Below are positions 36,880-46,859 of a stretch of DNA of 64,000 nt, piece by piece; the first letter of the stretch is position 1, and each line of letters starts with the position of its first letter. Below the pieces are notes generated by a model, which worked only from the letters and a program-made list of their open reading frames with translations, searched no databases and was not told the DNA's origin. Position numbers and translations under genes: made by a program. Source of the DNA: Candidatus Krumholzibacteriia bacterium (lineage in GTDB: Bacteria; Krumholzibacteriota; Krumholzibacteriia; Krumholzibacteriales; Krumholzibacteriaceae); contig CAWIIQ010000001.1 in assembly GCA_963836185.1 (NCBI GenBank), forward strand, positions 1,536,001 to 1,600,000, in the 5' to 3' direction.

Positions 36880-38856
36880 ATGTCTGAACGTATTGGTGTA
36901 TACGTCTGCCACTGCGGCACCAACATCGCAGGCAAGGTAGACATCGACGAGGTGGTCGAGTTCGCCAAGGGACTCGATGACGTCACGCTCGTGAGGGAAT
37001 ACAAGTTCATGTGTTCCGATCCCGGGCAGGCACTCATCCAGAAGGATATCGAGGACGGTCTCGTCAACAGGGTCGTCGTCGCTTCCTGCTCGCCTCTGAT
37101 GCATGAGAAGACATTCAGAAACGTCTGCACGCGCGGCGGACTTAACGAATACCTCTTTACGATGACGAACATCCGTGAACAGTGCTCATGGGTACATGTC
37201 GATGAAGCGGAGACGACCGATAAGGCGAAGGACCTTATTGAGGCTTCCGTTCGAAGAGCCGCCCTCCAGGAGCCGCTGACCAAGCGCGAGGTCCCGATCA
37301 ATCCGCAGACCCTCGTTATCGGCGGCGGTATCGCCGGCATCCAGGCCGCGCTCGATCTCGCCGACGCCGGCAAGAAGGTCGTCCTCGTAGAGAAGGAGCC
37401 CTCGATCGGCGGTCACATGTCGAAGTTCGACAAGACCTTCCCAACCCTGGATTGTTCCGCATGTATCCTGACGCCGAAGATGGTCTCCGTCGGCCAGCAT
37501 GAGAATATCGAGCTTCTCTCCTGGTCGGAGGTAGAGGATATCAGCGGGTATGTAGGCAACTTTAATATCAAGGTCCGAAAGAAGGCGCGTTACGTCGACG
37601 CCGATCTCTGCAACGGCTGCGGGGCCTGCTGGGAGAAGTGTCCGGGAACGCGCGTTCCCCGCAAGGGAAACATACATGAGAAGCTCTCGCTCGGGCCCAC
37701 GACATCGATCTATATGCCGTTCATGCAGGCCGTGCCGGCGATCCCCGTGATCGATTCGACTACCTGCATCAGGTTCAAGAATGGCAAGTGCGGCATCTGC
37801 GCAGATGTCTGTGAGCGCAATGCGATCAAGTATGACATGGAGGACGAAATCGTAGAGTTCGAGGTCGGCAATATCATAATGGCGACTGGATTCCAGACCT
37901 TCGATCCTGAGCCGGTCAAACGGTACGGATACGGAAAGCTCGACAACGTGATGACCGCGCTTGAGTTCGAGGTAATGAACTGCTCCTCGGGTAACACGGG
38001 CGGCAAGATCCTGATGGCTGACGGGGAAGAGCCCAAGTCGATCGGGATCGTTCACTGCGTAGGCAGCCGGGACAAGCATTATAATGAGCACTGCTCGAGG
38101 GTCTGCTGCATGTATTCGCTGAAGTATGCCCACCTGATAAAAGAGAAGCTCGATGCAGAGGTCTACGAGTTCTATATCGACATGCGGTGTTTCGGCAAGG
38201 GATACGAGGAGTTCTACGACAGACTTCTCGGCGAGGATGTCAGGTTCGTCCGCGGCAAGGTCGCCGAGGTTACCGAGGTCCCGATCGAGGAAGCCGAGAA
38301 GGGCAAACTTGTAGTCGAGGTCGAAGATACGCTCGTCGGTACCGTAAGGCGTGTACCTCTCGACATGGTCGTGCTGTCAACGGGCCTGGAGGCTCACGAG
38401 AGCCTGCCCGATATCGCGGGGCTCTGCAGCGTCAGCCTGGGCAAGGACGGGTTCGTGATCGAGAAGCATCCGAAACTCGGTCCTGTCTCGACAGCGACGG
38501 ACGGTGTCTTCATCGCCGGCTGCTGCCAGTCGCCCAAGGACATCCCCGATACCGTCGCTCAGGCGTCAGCCGCTTCGAGCGCGGTCCTTTCGATGATAAC
38601 GAGGGAGAAGATCGAGATCGAATCCGCTACAGCATCGGTCGACGAGGACAAGTGCTCCGGCTGCAAACTGTGCAACTCGCTCTGCCCGTACCTCGCTATC
38701 AAGTTCGATGAGGAAAAGGGCGTTTCAGTTGTGAATGAGGCGTTGTGCAAGGGTTGCGGTACATGTGCCGCGGGTTGTCCGAGCAACGCGATCTCAGCCA
38801 AGCATTTCGAAGACAGACAGATCTTCGCCGAGATAAAGGGTATTCTTTCGGCGTAA
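36880..38856 (+). CDS. hdrA: Heterodisulfide reductase subunit A (bifurcating flavoprotein)
   Basis: YVCHCG.NI, NIREQCSWVH, IGGGIAG, KTFPTLDCSACIL, HCVGSR, CSRVCC, C-terminal ferredoxin; all Cys, no Sec. Confidence 0.95.
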   Translation: MSERIGVYVCHCGTNIAGKVDIDEVVEFAKGLDDVTLVREYKFMCSDPGQALIQKDIEDGLVNRVVVASCSPLMHEKTFRNVCTRGGLNEYLFTMTNIREQCSWVHVDEAETTDKAKDLIEASVRRAALQEPLTKREVPINPQTLVIGGGIAGIQAALDLADAGKKVVLVEKEPSIGGHMSKFDKTFPTLDCSACILTPKMVSVGQHENIELLSWSEVEDISGYVGNFNIKVRKKARYVDADLCNGCGACWEKCPGTRVPRKGNIHEKLSLGPTTSIYMPFMQAVPAIPVIDSTTCIRFKNGKCGICADVCERNAIKYDMEDEIVEFEVGNIIMATGFQTFDPEPVKRYGYGKLDNVMTALEFEVMNCSSGNTGGKILMADGEEPKSIGIVHCVGSRDKHYNEHCSRVCCMYSLKYAHLIKEKLDAEVYEFYIDMRCFGKGYEEFYDRLLGEDVRFVRGKVAEVTEVPIEEAEKGKLVVEVEDTLVGTVRRVPLDMVVLSTGLEAHESLPDIAGLCSVSLGKDGFVIEKHPKLGPVSTATDGVFIAGCCQSPKDIPDTVAQASAASSAVLSMITREKIEIESATASVDEDKCSGCKLCNSLCPYLAIKFDEEKGVSVVNEALCKGCGTCAAGCPSNAISAKHFEDRQIFAEIKGILSA

Positions 38857-38887
38857 TGATGAAGATAAATACTGAAGGGATGTCGAG

Positions 38888-39373
38888 ATGACTTTCGAAC
38901 CGAAGATAGTCGGTTTCCTCTGCAACTGGTGCTCCTACACCGGCGCGGACCTGGCTGGGACGGCGAGGATAAAGTACGCCCCTAACATCAGGTCGGTCAG
39001 GGTGATGTGCAGCGGCAGGATCGAACCGACATTTATCATCAAGGCCCTTTTCGAGGGCGCTGACGGCGTACTGATCGCCGGGTGTCATCCCGGTGACTGC
39101 CATTACCAGGAGGGCAACTACAAGGCCCTTCGCAGGCACCGACTACTCCAGCGTATTCTTCCCGAATACGGTGTGGATCCGGAGCGTGTGAGGCTGGAAT
39201 GGGTCGCCGCCTCGGAAGGCGAGAGGTTCGCAACTATCGTCAACGAGTTCACCGAGCAGATACGTGAACTCGGTCCTCTCGGAGTGAAGGAATCGCTCGC
39301 CGAAGCGATGAAAGACGATATCGTTCCTCATGAAGAGCATAAAGAAGAAAGTGGTGCAGCAAATGAAGCTTAA
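38888..39373 (+). CDS. mvhD: Hydrogenase 2Fe-2S subunit MvhD
   Basis: FLCNWCSY.GADLAG, VMCSGR, GADGV, GCHPGDCHY. Confidence 0.93.
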   Translation: MTFEPKIVGFLCNWCSYTGADLAGTARIKYAPNIRSVRVMCSGRIEPTFIIKALFEGADGVLIAGCHPGDCHYQEGNYKALRRHRLLQRILPEYGVDPERVRLEWVAASEGERFATIVNEFTEQIRELGPLGVKESLAEAMKDDIVPHEEHKEESGAANEA

Positions 39374-40317
39374 AGGCGGGATTTACTGGGGAGCCGGCTG
39401 CGGCGGGTGCGATGTTGCCGTACTCGATATCCACGAGAAGATCCTTGACGTCGCCGAGAAGATGGACCTGCTCTTCTGGCCCATCGCGCTCGACTTCAAG
39501 TACGATGACGTCAGGGCCATGGAGGACGGGGAATTCGACCTCGTTCTATACAATGGCGCCGTAAGAAACTCGGAGAACGAGGAGATCGCGATAGCTCCTC
39601 AGACAGAAGTCCAAGACCATGGTCGCTTTCGGAGCCTGTGCGCACCTCGGGGGACTTCCGAGCCTTGCGAATTATCACACAAAGCAGAGTTTGCTCGACC
39701 GCGTGTATAAAGAGACGGAATCGACTGTGAATCCGGAGGGGACCGTTCCCCTGGAGAAGACGACATTCGAAGGGCACGAGCTGACGATTCCCAGATTTTT
39801 CAATACGGTCAAGACGCTCGACCAGGTCGTCGACGTCGATTATTATCTCCCCGGTTGCCCGCCCGTACCGCAGCAGATCGTCAACGCGCTGACGGCTGTT
39901 TTCAACGGTGAGCTGCCGCCGAAGGGCTCGATCATCGGAGCGGGGACAAGGACACTCTGCGATGAGTGCCCGAGGGAGAAAGAAGAAAAGGAGATCACAG
40001 AGTTCAAGAGACCGCTCAACGTGATCCCGGATCCTGACAAATGCCTGCTCGAGCAGGGACTGATCTGTCTCGGGCCGGTGACGAGAGAGGGGTGCGGCGC
40101 AAGATGCATCAACTCAGGCGTGCCATGCAGGGGATGTTACGGTCCCCTGGAAGAGGTGCATGACCAGGGAATCAGGATGATCAGCGCGCTCGCTTCGGTC
40201 CTCGGGCCGAAGGAGGAGAAGGAGATCGATGAGGTGCTCGACGGCATCCCCGATCCCTTGAGGACTTTTCACAGGTTCAGCACAGCCGCATCGATCCTCA
40301 GGAGGAAAATGATATGA
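39363..40317 (+). CDS. mvhG: [NiFe] hydrogenase small subunit MvhG (apparent +1 frameshift near 39592)
   Basis: 5' part (GCGGC...NGAVRNSENEEIA) joins the 3' part (LLRQKSKTMVAFGACA, PGCPP, CDEC, CLLEQG.ICLGP, PCRGC) if one base of ATAG at 39591-39594 is removed. Confidence 0.88.
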
Positions 40318-41774
40318 GGCGCGTGGAGATAGATCCCATCAGCAGGCTTGAAGGACATGGCAAGATCAGCCTGTTCATCAATGACGACGGTTCGGTCGAG
40401 AACGCTTATCTCCAGATCCCCGAGTTAAGGGGATTCGAGAAGTTCGTCGAGGGACTGCCCGTTGAGGAGATTCCAAGGATCATGCCGAGGATCTGCGGCG
40501 TCTGCCCGGCGGCCCATCATATGGCAGCGGGAAAAGCCGTGGACAATGTATTCTCGGCGGATATCCCGTCAGTGGCCAAGAAGCTCCGCGAGCTCTACTA
40601 CATGGCTCATTTCATCCACAGCCACGCCGCTCATTTCTACGCCCTGGCCGCCCCTGATTTTGTCCTCGGCCCCGATGCTCCCAAGGCGCAGAGAAACGTC
40701 CTCGGACTTATCGCCAAGGTCGGGCTCGAGCTCGGTGGAGAGGTCGTCAGGCAGAGAGCTATCTCTCAGGACATACAGATCATGGTAGGCGGAAGGGCCA
40801 CGCATCCCGTGTGGAACATTCCTGGCGGAGTAACGAGGGCCCTCACAGAGGAAAATGCCGAGAAGGTCAAGGGGCTCGCCGACGAGCAGCTCGGTTTCGC
40901 CGAGCTCAGCCTGAAGCTCTTCAACGACCTTGTCCTCGCCAACGAGACATACCTCGACCTGATCATGGGCGGAGTATTCGAGCAGGTGACCAACTACATG
41001 GGCCTGGTCGATGAGAACAACAAGGTCAATTTCTATCACGGACAGGTACGCGTCGTCGATGTCGAGGGCAAGGAGCTCTTCAGGTATTCAGAGCCTGAGT
41101 ATCTCGATCATATCGCCGAGCATGTCGAGGACTGGTCCTATCTCAAATTCCCCTACATCAAGAACAGGGGATGGATGGGTTTCGTCGAAGGCGCCGATAC
41201 GTCGCTTTACCAGGCCAACCCTCTTCCGCGTCTCAATGCGGCCGATGGAATGGCGACTCCCAAGGCACAGGCCGAGTACGAGAAGATGTTCGACACAGTA
41301 GGCGGCAAGCCGTGCCACAAGCTCATGGTCAACCACTGGGCCAGGCTCGTTGAGATGGTATACGCCGCTGAGAGGATGCAGGAACTGATCAACGATCCGG
41401 AGATCACGGATCCCAACGTGAGGGTGATTCCGTCGACTACTCCGACTGAAGGAGTCGGCATCGTCGAGGCGCCGCGCGGAACGTTGACGCATCACTACTG
41501 GACGGACGAGAACGGGATCGTTACAAAGGCGAATCTTATCGTCGGGACGACAAACAACAACGCTTCGATCAACATGGCCGTCAAGAAGGCCGCCCAGAAC
41601 CTGATCAAGCCGGGCGGGGAAGTGACAGAGGGCCTGCTCAACATGGTCGAGATGGCGTTCCGTCTGTACGATCCGTGCTTCAGCTGCGCGACGCACAGTC
41701 TTCCCGGACAGATGCCTCTGAAGGTCGAGATCCGAGATCTCGACGGAGAGATACTGAACGAAGTATCGAGGTAG
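40314..41774 (+). CDS. mvhA: [NiFe] hydrogenase large subunit MvhA (group 3c)
   Basis: RLEGHG, RGFE, L1 RICGVC, EAPRG, L2 YDPCFSCATH and a cleavable C-terminal extension. Confidence 0.93.
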   Translation: MRRVEIDPISRLEGHGKISLFINDDGSVENAYLQIPELRGFEKFVEGLPVEEIPRIMPRICGVCPAAHHMAAGKAVDNVFSADIPSVAKKLRELYYMAHFIHSHAAHFYALAAPDFVLGPDAPKAQRNVLGLIAKVGLELGGEVVRQRAISQDIQIMVGGRATHPVWNIPGGVTRALTEENAEKVKGLADEQLGFAELSLKLFNDLVLANETYLDLIMGGVFEQVTNYMGLVDENNKVNFYHGQVRVVDVEGKELFRYSEPEYLDHIAEHVEDWSYLKFPYIKNRGWMGFVEGADTSLYQANPLPRLNAADGMATPKAQAEYEKMFDTVGGKPCHKLMVNHWARLVEMVYAAERMQELINDPEITDPNVRVIPSTTPTEGVGIVEAPRGTLTHHYWTDENGIVTKANLIVGTTNNNASINMAVKKAAQNLIKPGGEVTEGLLNMVEMAFRLYDPCFSCATHSLPGQMPLKVEIRDLDGEILNEVSR

Positions 41775-41782
41775 CGGATCCG

Positions 41783-42294
41783 ATGAAAACCGTGATAATC
41801 GGACTTGGGAAATACCGTCCTGTGCGACGATGGCGCAGGAGTATATGTTGCCCGGATGCTGGCAGGCAGATTCGACTCGGAAAACATCTCCGTTATAGAG
41901 ACGGAGTCAGCCGGGATGAACCTGATGGAGATCGCTCGGCGGGTACGACAGTGCGTTTCTGATCGATGCGATACTCCTGAACGGCGAGGATCCCGGCACC
42001 GTATTCCGGCTGAGAGCGGATGACCTGCAGATAACTCCCAGACTTTCATCCTGCCACGATATCGATATTGTGACCGCCCTGGAACTCGGCAGGCAGCTCG
42101 GGCTTCACATGCCGGGGGAAGTAACCATATTCGCGGTTCAGGGTGATGACATGAAGACACTGACTGAAGAGTGCACTTCTGAAGTAGAGAGTGTCCTGGC
42201 TCCACTCGCCGACGAGGTGGAAGCTCTTGTAAACGGGAAAGAGACCCCCGGCGTCTCGATACCTCTCTCGGAGAGGAAGAACAGGGATGCATGA
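41783..42294 (+). CDS. Hydrogenase maturation endopeptidase (two apparent +1 frameshifts near 41810 and 41934)
   Basis: MKTVIIGLG / NTVLCDDGAG...ESAGMNLME / LGGYDSAFLIDAI...PG...SSCHDID...ALELG lie in three successive frames. Confidence 0.82.
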
Positions 42295-42640
42295 AGTCTC
42301 CGTCATGCGCAATCTCCTCGATATCGTCGAAAAGACAGCCGACCGCGAAGGCGCGGAGAAGATAAACGTCATCCACATGCGTATCGGCGAGATGGCGGGT
42401 ATCAACTTTGACTCCCTTGAATTCGCATTCGATATACTCTCAAAGGGCACGAGAGCCGAGGGAGGCAGACTGGAATATGTCAGGGTCGACCTGCTTGCCA
42501 GGTGCGCCGGGTGCTCTCATGAGTTCGGTCCTGAAGAACTCGTCTTCAGGTGCCCGGAGTGCGGCTCGGGCAGGGTCGATATTATCGCTGGCAGGGAGAT
42601 GGAAGTAGACTATATTCTACTGGACGAGGAAGGTTCATGA
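42287..42640 (+). CDS. hypA: Hydrogenase nickel metallochaperone HypA
   Basis: MHE N-terminus, CAGC and CPECG, GRE. Confidence 0.93.
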   Translation: MHEVSVMRNLLDIVEKTADREGAEKINVIHMRIGEMAGINFDSLEFAFDILSKGTRAEGGRLEYVRVDLLARCAGCSHEFGPEELVFRCPECGSGRVDIIAGREMEVDYILLDEEGS

Positions 42641-43302
42641 TGCATCAGATAAATGTAGGAGAGGACCTCAGGGAACATAACAGGGCGATCGCGGCCGAAA
42701 ACCGCGAGATGCTCCTTTCCCACGGTATCTTTTCCCTCAACATAATGAGCGCGCCGGGGGCGGGGAAGACATCGCTGCTCGTAAAGTCTATCCCGCTGCT
42801 CAGTGATAAATACAGGATCGGGGTCATCGAGGGCGATCTTCAGACCTCAAGGGACGCAGAAAGAGTGGGAGCGCTTGGTATCGATGTATACCAGATAGAG
42901 ACGGGCGGAGTCTGTCATCTCGATGCTTCGATGGTCCATTCGGCGCTGCACCAGCTCGACCTCGACTCCATCGACCTGCTGCTGATAGAGAATGTCGGCA
43001 ACCTCGTATGCCCTGCCGAATTCGATCTCGGTGTAGACGCCAGGGTGATGCTGCTGAGCATTACGGAGGGGGACGACAAGCCCAAGAAATACCCCCTGAT
43101 GTTCAGCGAATCCCGTCTTCTCATACTCAACAAGATAGACCTCATAGAGATGGTCGATTTTGACCTGGAGAAGGCAAAAACGGAAGCATCGGATATCAAT
43201 CCTGAAATAGATATGATCGAGCTCTCATGCAGGACGGGCGAAGGTATCGAGGCCTGGGCCGCATGGATCGAGAATCTGATCTCTGAAAGCAGGGCCGGCT
43301 GA
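42640..43302 (+). CDS. hypB: Hydrogenase nickel incorporation GTPase HypB
   Basis: SAPGAGKT, IEGD, TGGVCHLDA, ENVGNLVCPAEFDLG, NKID. Confidence 0.93.
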   Translation: MHQINVGEDLREHNRAIAAENREMLLSHGIFSLNIMSAPGAGKTSLLVKSIPLLSDKYRIGVIEGDLQTSRDAERVGALGIDVYQIETGGVCHLDASMVHSALHQLDLDSIDLLLIENVGNLVCPAEFDLGVDARVMLLSITEGDDKPKKYPLMFSESRLLILNKIDLIEMVDFDLEKAKTEASDINPEIDMIELSCRTGEGIEAWAAWIENLISESRAG

Positions 43303-43556
43303 TGTGTCTCGCGATCCCGATGGAGATAAAGGAGATCAACGGCAATGAAGCGGTAGCCGAAGCGGGCGGTATACGGAAGAACGTACGGCTCGATCTCATT
43401 GAAGGCGCGGAAATGGGGGATTACATCCTGATACACACAGGATTCGCGATAGAGAAACTCGATCCTGAAGAGGCGAGGGAGACGCTGGAGATCATCAAGC
43501 AGGTCTACCGCGCCGGAATGACGGGAAGCGCGGATCTCCCCGATGAAGATGACTGA
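43302..43556 (+). CDS. hypC: Hydrogenase chaperone HypC
   Basis: MCLAIP, GDYILIHTGFAI. Confidence 0.93.
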   Translation: MCLAIPMEIKEINGNEAVAEAGGIRKNVRLDLIEGAEMGDYILIHTGFAIEKLDPEEARETLEIIKQVYRAGMTGSADLPDEDD

Positions 43557-44661
43557 CAATGAATCCATATTCGGATCGTTCCACGATCCGGCTGTCGCCG
43601 CCGGACTGACCGGTCAGCTGGCCGGTACGGAGCTCGAGCGGCCTCTTTCCCTGATGCATGTCTGCGGCACACATGAACATTCGATCGCGAAGGCCGGGAT
43701 AAGATCGATGCTTCCTCGAGGCATGAGATTGATAGCCGGACCGGGCTGCCCGGTCTGCGTCTGCCCAGCGGCCGACATAGACCTCGCTATCCAGGCCGCC
43801 AGGCACGAGGATACGGTCGTGACGACATTCGGCGATATGTTCAGGGTGCCGTCCGGCGACACATCACTCGAGTTGATGAAAGCGGACGGGTATGACGTTA
43901 GGGTCGTCTACTCCCCGCTCGACGCTGTAAGTATCGCGGCTGAGAATCCGGGTAAAGAAGTGGTATTCGTCGCTGTCGGCTTCGAGACGACGGCAGGCCC
44001 GATCGCCGCCTCCATAAAGGCTGGCGTTCCGGATAACTTCTCGATTATTCCTTCGATGAGACTTGTCCCGCCGGCACTGGAGTTCCTTCTTGATAGCGGA
44101 AGGAAATCGATCGACGGATTCATACTCCCGGGCCACGTGAGCACAGTCCTGGGGAGGAGAGGGTACTCTATCCTGGAGGAGAAGTACGGCGTTCCCGCTG
44201 TGATCTCCGGTTTTGAGCCTGTAGATATCCTCAGGGGGATTATCGAGCTGACCGGAATGATCCTCGCAGGCCCCCCGTTCACCGTAAGCAACCTGTACAA
44301 AAGGGTAGTTTCGGAAGACGGGAACGTGAAGGCGAGGGAACTGATCGACGAGGTCTTCGAACCCGGCCCGTCGAACTGGAGGGGCATCGGCTCGATCCCC
44401 GGGTCCGGACTCTTCCTGAGAACGCGGTATTCAAGCGTCGACGCCGTCGAGCGCCTCGGCCTTGTACCGTCTCCCGATGCCGAGGACGTAAAGCCGGGCT
44501 GCATCTGCCACGAAGTCATCCTGGGCGAGTCGGAACCGGAGCAGTGCCCGCTCTTCGGGACCGGCTGCACGCCGAGAAAACCGCACGGGCCATGCATGGT
44601 GTCGAGCGAAGGAACCTGCCGCGCGAGATACCAGTACAGGCCGGCGGGAGATATGTATTGA
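43543..44661 (+). CDS. hypD: Hydrogenase maturation protein HypD
   Basis: MHVCGTH, GPGCPVCV, GFETT, PGHVS, C-terminal C..C...CPLFG.GCTP...GPCMVSSEG.C. Confidence 0.93.
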   Translation: MKMTDNESIFGSFHDPAVAAGLTGQLAGTELERPLSLMHVCGTHEHSIAKAGIRSMLPRGMRLIAGPGCPVCVCPAADIDLAIQAARHEDTVVTTFGDMFRVPSGDTSLELMKADGYDVRVVYSPLDAVSIAAENPGKEVVFVAVGFETTAGPIAASIKAGVPDNFSIIPSMRLVPPALEFLLDSGRKSIDGFILPGHVSTVLGRRGYSILEEKYGVPAVISGFEPVDILRGIIELTGMILAGPPFTVSNLYKRVVSEDGNVKARELIDEVFEPGPSNWRGIGSIPGSGLFLRTRYSSVDAVERLGLVPSPDAEDVKPGCICHEVILGESEPEQCPLFGTGCTPRKPHGPCMVSSEGTCRARYQYRPAGDMY

Positions 44662-44781
44662 CGCTTCACTGATTTCTGACTTACCGTCTGAGCAGTAACA
44701 ACCTTTGAATAAACCGGGACCGGCCGCTGTATCCATTATAGATGCGGCATGAGGGCCGGATAATCCCCAAGGGGGTACAAG

Positions 44782-45756
44782 ATGAAGGTACAGGTAGGAG
44801 ATCAATCCTACAACGTCGGCGGTCGAAAGATCAGGAACGTCGTATACATAGTTATACTCGTCATCCTGATCGCATCCGGTCTGTATTCGGTCGGGGCCGA
44901 CGAAGTCGGAGTGATCCAGAGATTCGGAAAGTTTGTCCGCAGCACAGAGCCGGGGCTGCACCTCAAGATCCCCCTGGGGATCGAGAGTGTCGTCAAGGTC
45001 AAGGTCAAGAAGGTCTTCAAACAGGAATTCGGATTCCGGACCCTGAAAGCGGACGTGAGGACCCAGTACAGCAGCAAGAAATACCTCGAGGAATCCCTGA
45101 TGCTGACCGGCGACCTGAACGTGGCCGAAGTCGAGTGGATCGTCCAGTACAAGGTAAAGGATCCCTACAATTTCCTCTTCAAGATCAGGGATCCCGAAGA
45201 GACACTCAGGGCGATGTCTGAAGCAGTCGTAAGGAGAGTAGTCGGCGACAGATCAGTCACTGCGGTACTTACACTCGGCAGGATCGAGATCGCCAAGGAG
45301 GTCGAAGTAGGTCTTCAGGAGCTGCTCGACGGATTCGAATCCGGGCTCCAGATCGTCACGGTCAAGCTTCAGGACGTCAATCCTCCCGAGCCGGTAAAAC
45401 CGGCATTCAATGAGGTCAACCGCGCAAAGCAGGACAAGGAAAAGATGATCAACGAGGCATGGGAGGACTACAACAAGAGGATCCCCAAGGCGAAGGGGGA
45501 AGCGGAGCAGATGATCGCTGAGGCCGAGGGTTACGCCGTAAAGAGGGTCAACCGGTCCGAGGGCGACGTCGCGCTGTTCAACCAGGTCTTCAAGGAGTAC
45601 AGAAACGCGCCTGACGTTACGAGGCGCAGGCTTTACCTCGAGACGATGAACGAGATACTTCCGAAGATAAAGGAACTGATCATCGTCGATGAGAACCAGA
45701 AATCAATACTGCCGCATCTCGATGTAGGCAAGGACGTGAAGGGGGGTGGCAAGTGA
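44782..45756 (+). CDS. hflK: FtsH modulator HflK
   Basis: TM plus SPFH domain; RFGK...PGLH, MLTGD.N, DVNPPEPV..AF.EV..A, APDVTRRRLYLETM. Confidence 0.92.
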   Translation: MKVQVGDQSYNVGGRKIRNVVYIVILVILIASGLYSVGADEVGVIQRFGKFVRSTEPGLHLKIPLGIESVVKVKVKKVFKQEFGFRTLKADVRTQYSSKKYLEESLMLTGDLNVAEVEWIVQYKVKDPYNFLFKIRDPEETLRAMSEAVVRRVVGDRSVTAVLTLGRIEIAKEVEVGLQELLDGFESGLQIVTVKLQDVNPPEPVKPAFNEVNRAKQDKEKMINEAWEDYNKRIPKAKGEAEQMIAEAEGYAVKRVNRSEGDVALFNQVFKEYRNAPDVTRRRLYLETMNEILPKIKELIIVDENQKSILPHLDVGKDVKGGGK

Positions 45757-46730
45757 TGCTTACAGGAAAGAGAATAGGGACTCTTGTTGTAGCGGTAATA
45801 CTTTTCATCCTGATCAGTAACTCGTTCTACAAGCTGGGTGAGTCGGAGCAGGCCATTATCACACAGTTCGGAAGACCTGTAGGAGGAGCTATCCAAAACG
45901 CGGGGCTTCACTTCAAGATCCCGATGATCCAGGCCTTGCACAGGTTCGAGAAACGTATTCTGAACTGGGATTCATCGGCGGACCAGATTCCGACCGCTGA
46001 CAAGAAGTATATCTGGCTCGATACGACAGCCAGGTGGAGGATCATAGATCCGCTGCGCTTCTATACTTCAGTAGGGAACGTTCGCGGCGCCCAGACGAGA
46101 CTGGACGATATCATCGATTCTGCTTCCAGGGATATCGTTTCGAGCTTTGTCCTCGTGGAAGTCGTCAGGGACTCGAACAGGATACTCGATCAGAGGCTGG
46201 AAATCGCTGAAGCCGACGCGACGGTAAGCGGCGGCGAAGAAGAAGAGATCGAGGCCATAATCGAGAAGGTCGAGATCGGCCGGGAACAGCTGACAAAGAT
46301 GATACTCGAACGTGCTTCCGAGCTTGTCCCCCAGTACGGCATCGAGCTCCTCGATGTCCAGGTCAAGAGGCTGAACTACATCGAGGATGTCCGCAAAAAG
46401 GTCTACGAGCGGATGATCTCCGAGCGCCAGAGGATAGCCTCCAAGTACAGGAGTGAGGGCGAGGGGAAGAAGGCCGAGATCGTCGGAATGAAGGACAAGG
46501 AGCTCAACAGGATCTACTCGGAAGCTTACAGGAGATCTGAGACACTGCGTGGAGAGGCTGACGCCCAGGCCACAAAGATTTATGCACAGGCCTACAATCA
46601 GGATCCGGAGTTCTACTCGTTCCTCAAGACGCTCGATGTATATAAAAACACGGTTGGAGAGAACAACCGTGTCATCCTGACGACAGATACCGAACTTTAC
46701 AGGTATCTCAGAAGTATCGACAGAAGATAG
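45753..46730 (+). CDS. hflC: FtsH modulator HflC
   Basis: QFG.P...GLHFKIP, T.DKK, WRI.DPL.FY, YERM.SER, GEADA.A..IYA.AY..DPEFY.F..TL..Y. Confidence 0.92.
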   Translation: MMLTGKRIGTLVVAVILFILISNSFYKLGESEQAIITQFGRPVGGAIQNAGLHFKIPMIQALHRFEKRILNWDSSADQIPTADKKYIWLDTTARWRIIDPLRFYTSVGNVRGAQTRLDDIIDSASRDIVSSFVLVEVVRDSNRILDQRLEIAEADATVSGGEEEEIEAIIEKVEIGREQLTKMILERASELVPQYGIELLDVQVKRLNYIEDVRKKVYERMISERQRIASKYRSEGEGKKAEIVGMKDKELNRIYSEAYRRSETLRGEADAQATKIYAQAYNQDPEFYSFLKTLDVYKNTVGENNRVILTTDTELYRYLRSIDRR

Positions 46731-46760
46731 GGCGGAAGGGCCCCGAAATCTTCAAAATAT

Positions 46761-46812
46761 CGCACGGTGAAGCCTTAACCGTTGGGAAGGGGCTTCACCG
46801 TGTGTTATATTT
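46761..46812 (+). terminator. Long hairpin after hflC (probable terminator)
   Basis: CGCACGGTGAAGCCTT-N12-GGGGCTTCACCGTGTG 16-bp stem with GU pairs, followed by TTATATTT. The right arm overlaps a TGnTATATT -10 candidate for the next gene. Confidence 0.65.
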
Positions 46813-46859
46813 ACCGGACCCCTGTCGGATGGCCTTTAGTTCAAATGGAGGATCGTTAT

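Noticed and set aside
35391-41774. Selenocysteine recoding in HdrA, MvhD or MvhA
   Set aside because: All usual Sec positions are Cys codons; the breaks are frameshifts, not in-frame TGA.
41805-41815. G GGA AAT slippery heptamer as a programmed frameshift
   Set aside because: That motif promotes -1 shifts, but a +1 correction is needed here and a second break follows 120 nt later.
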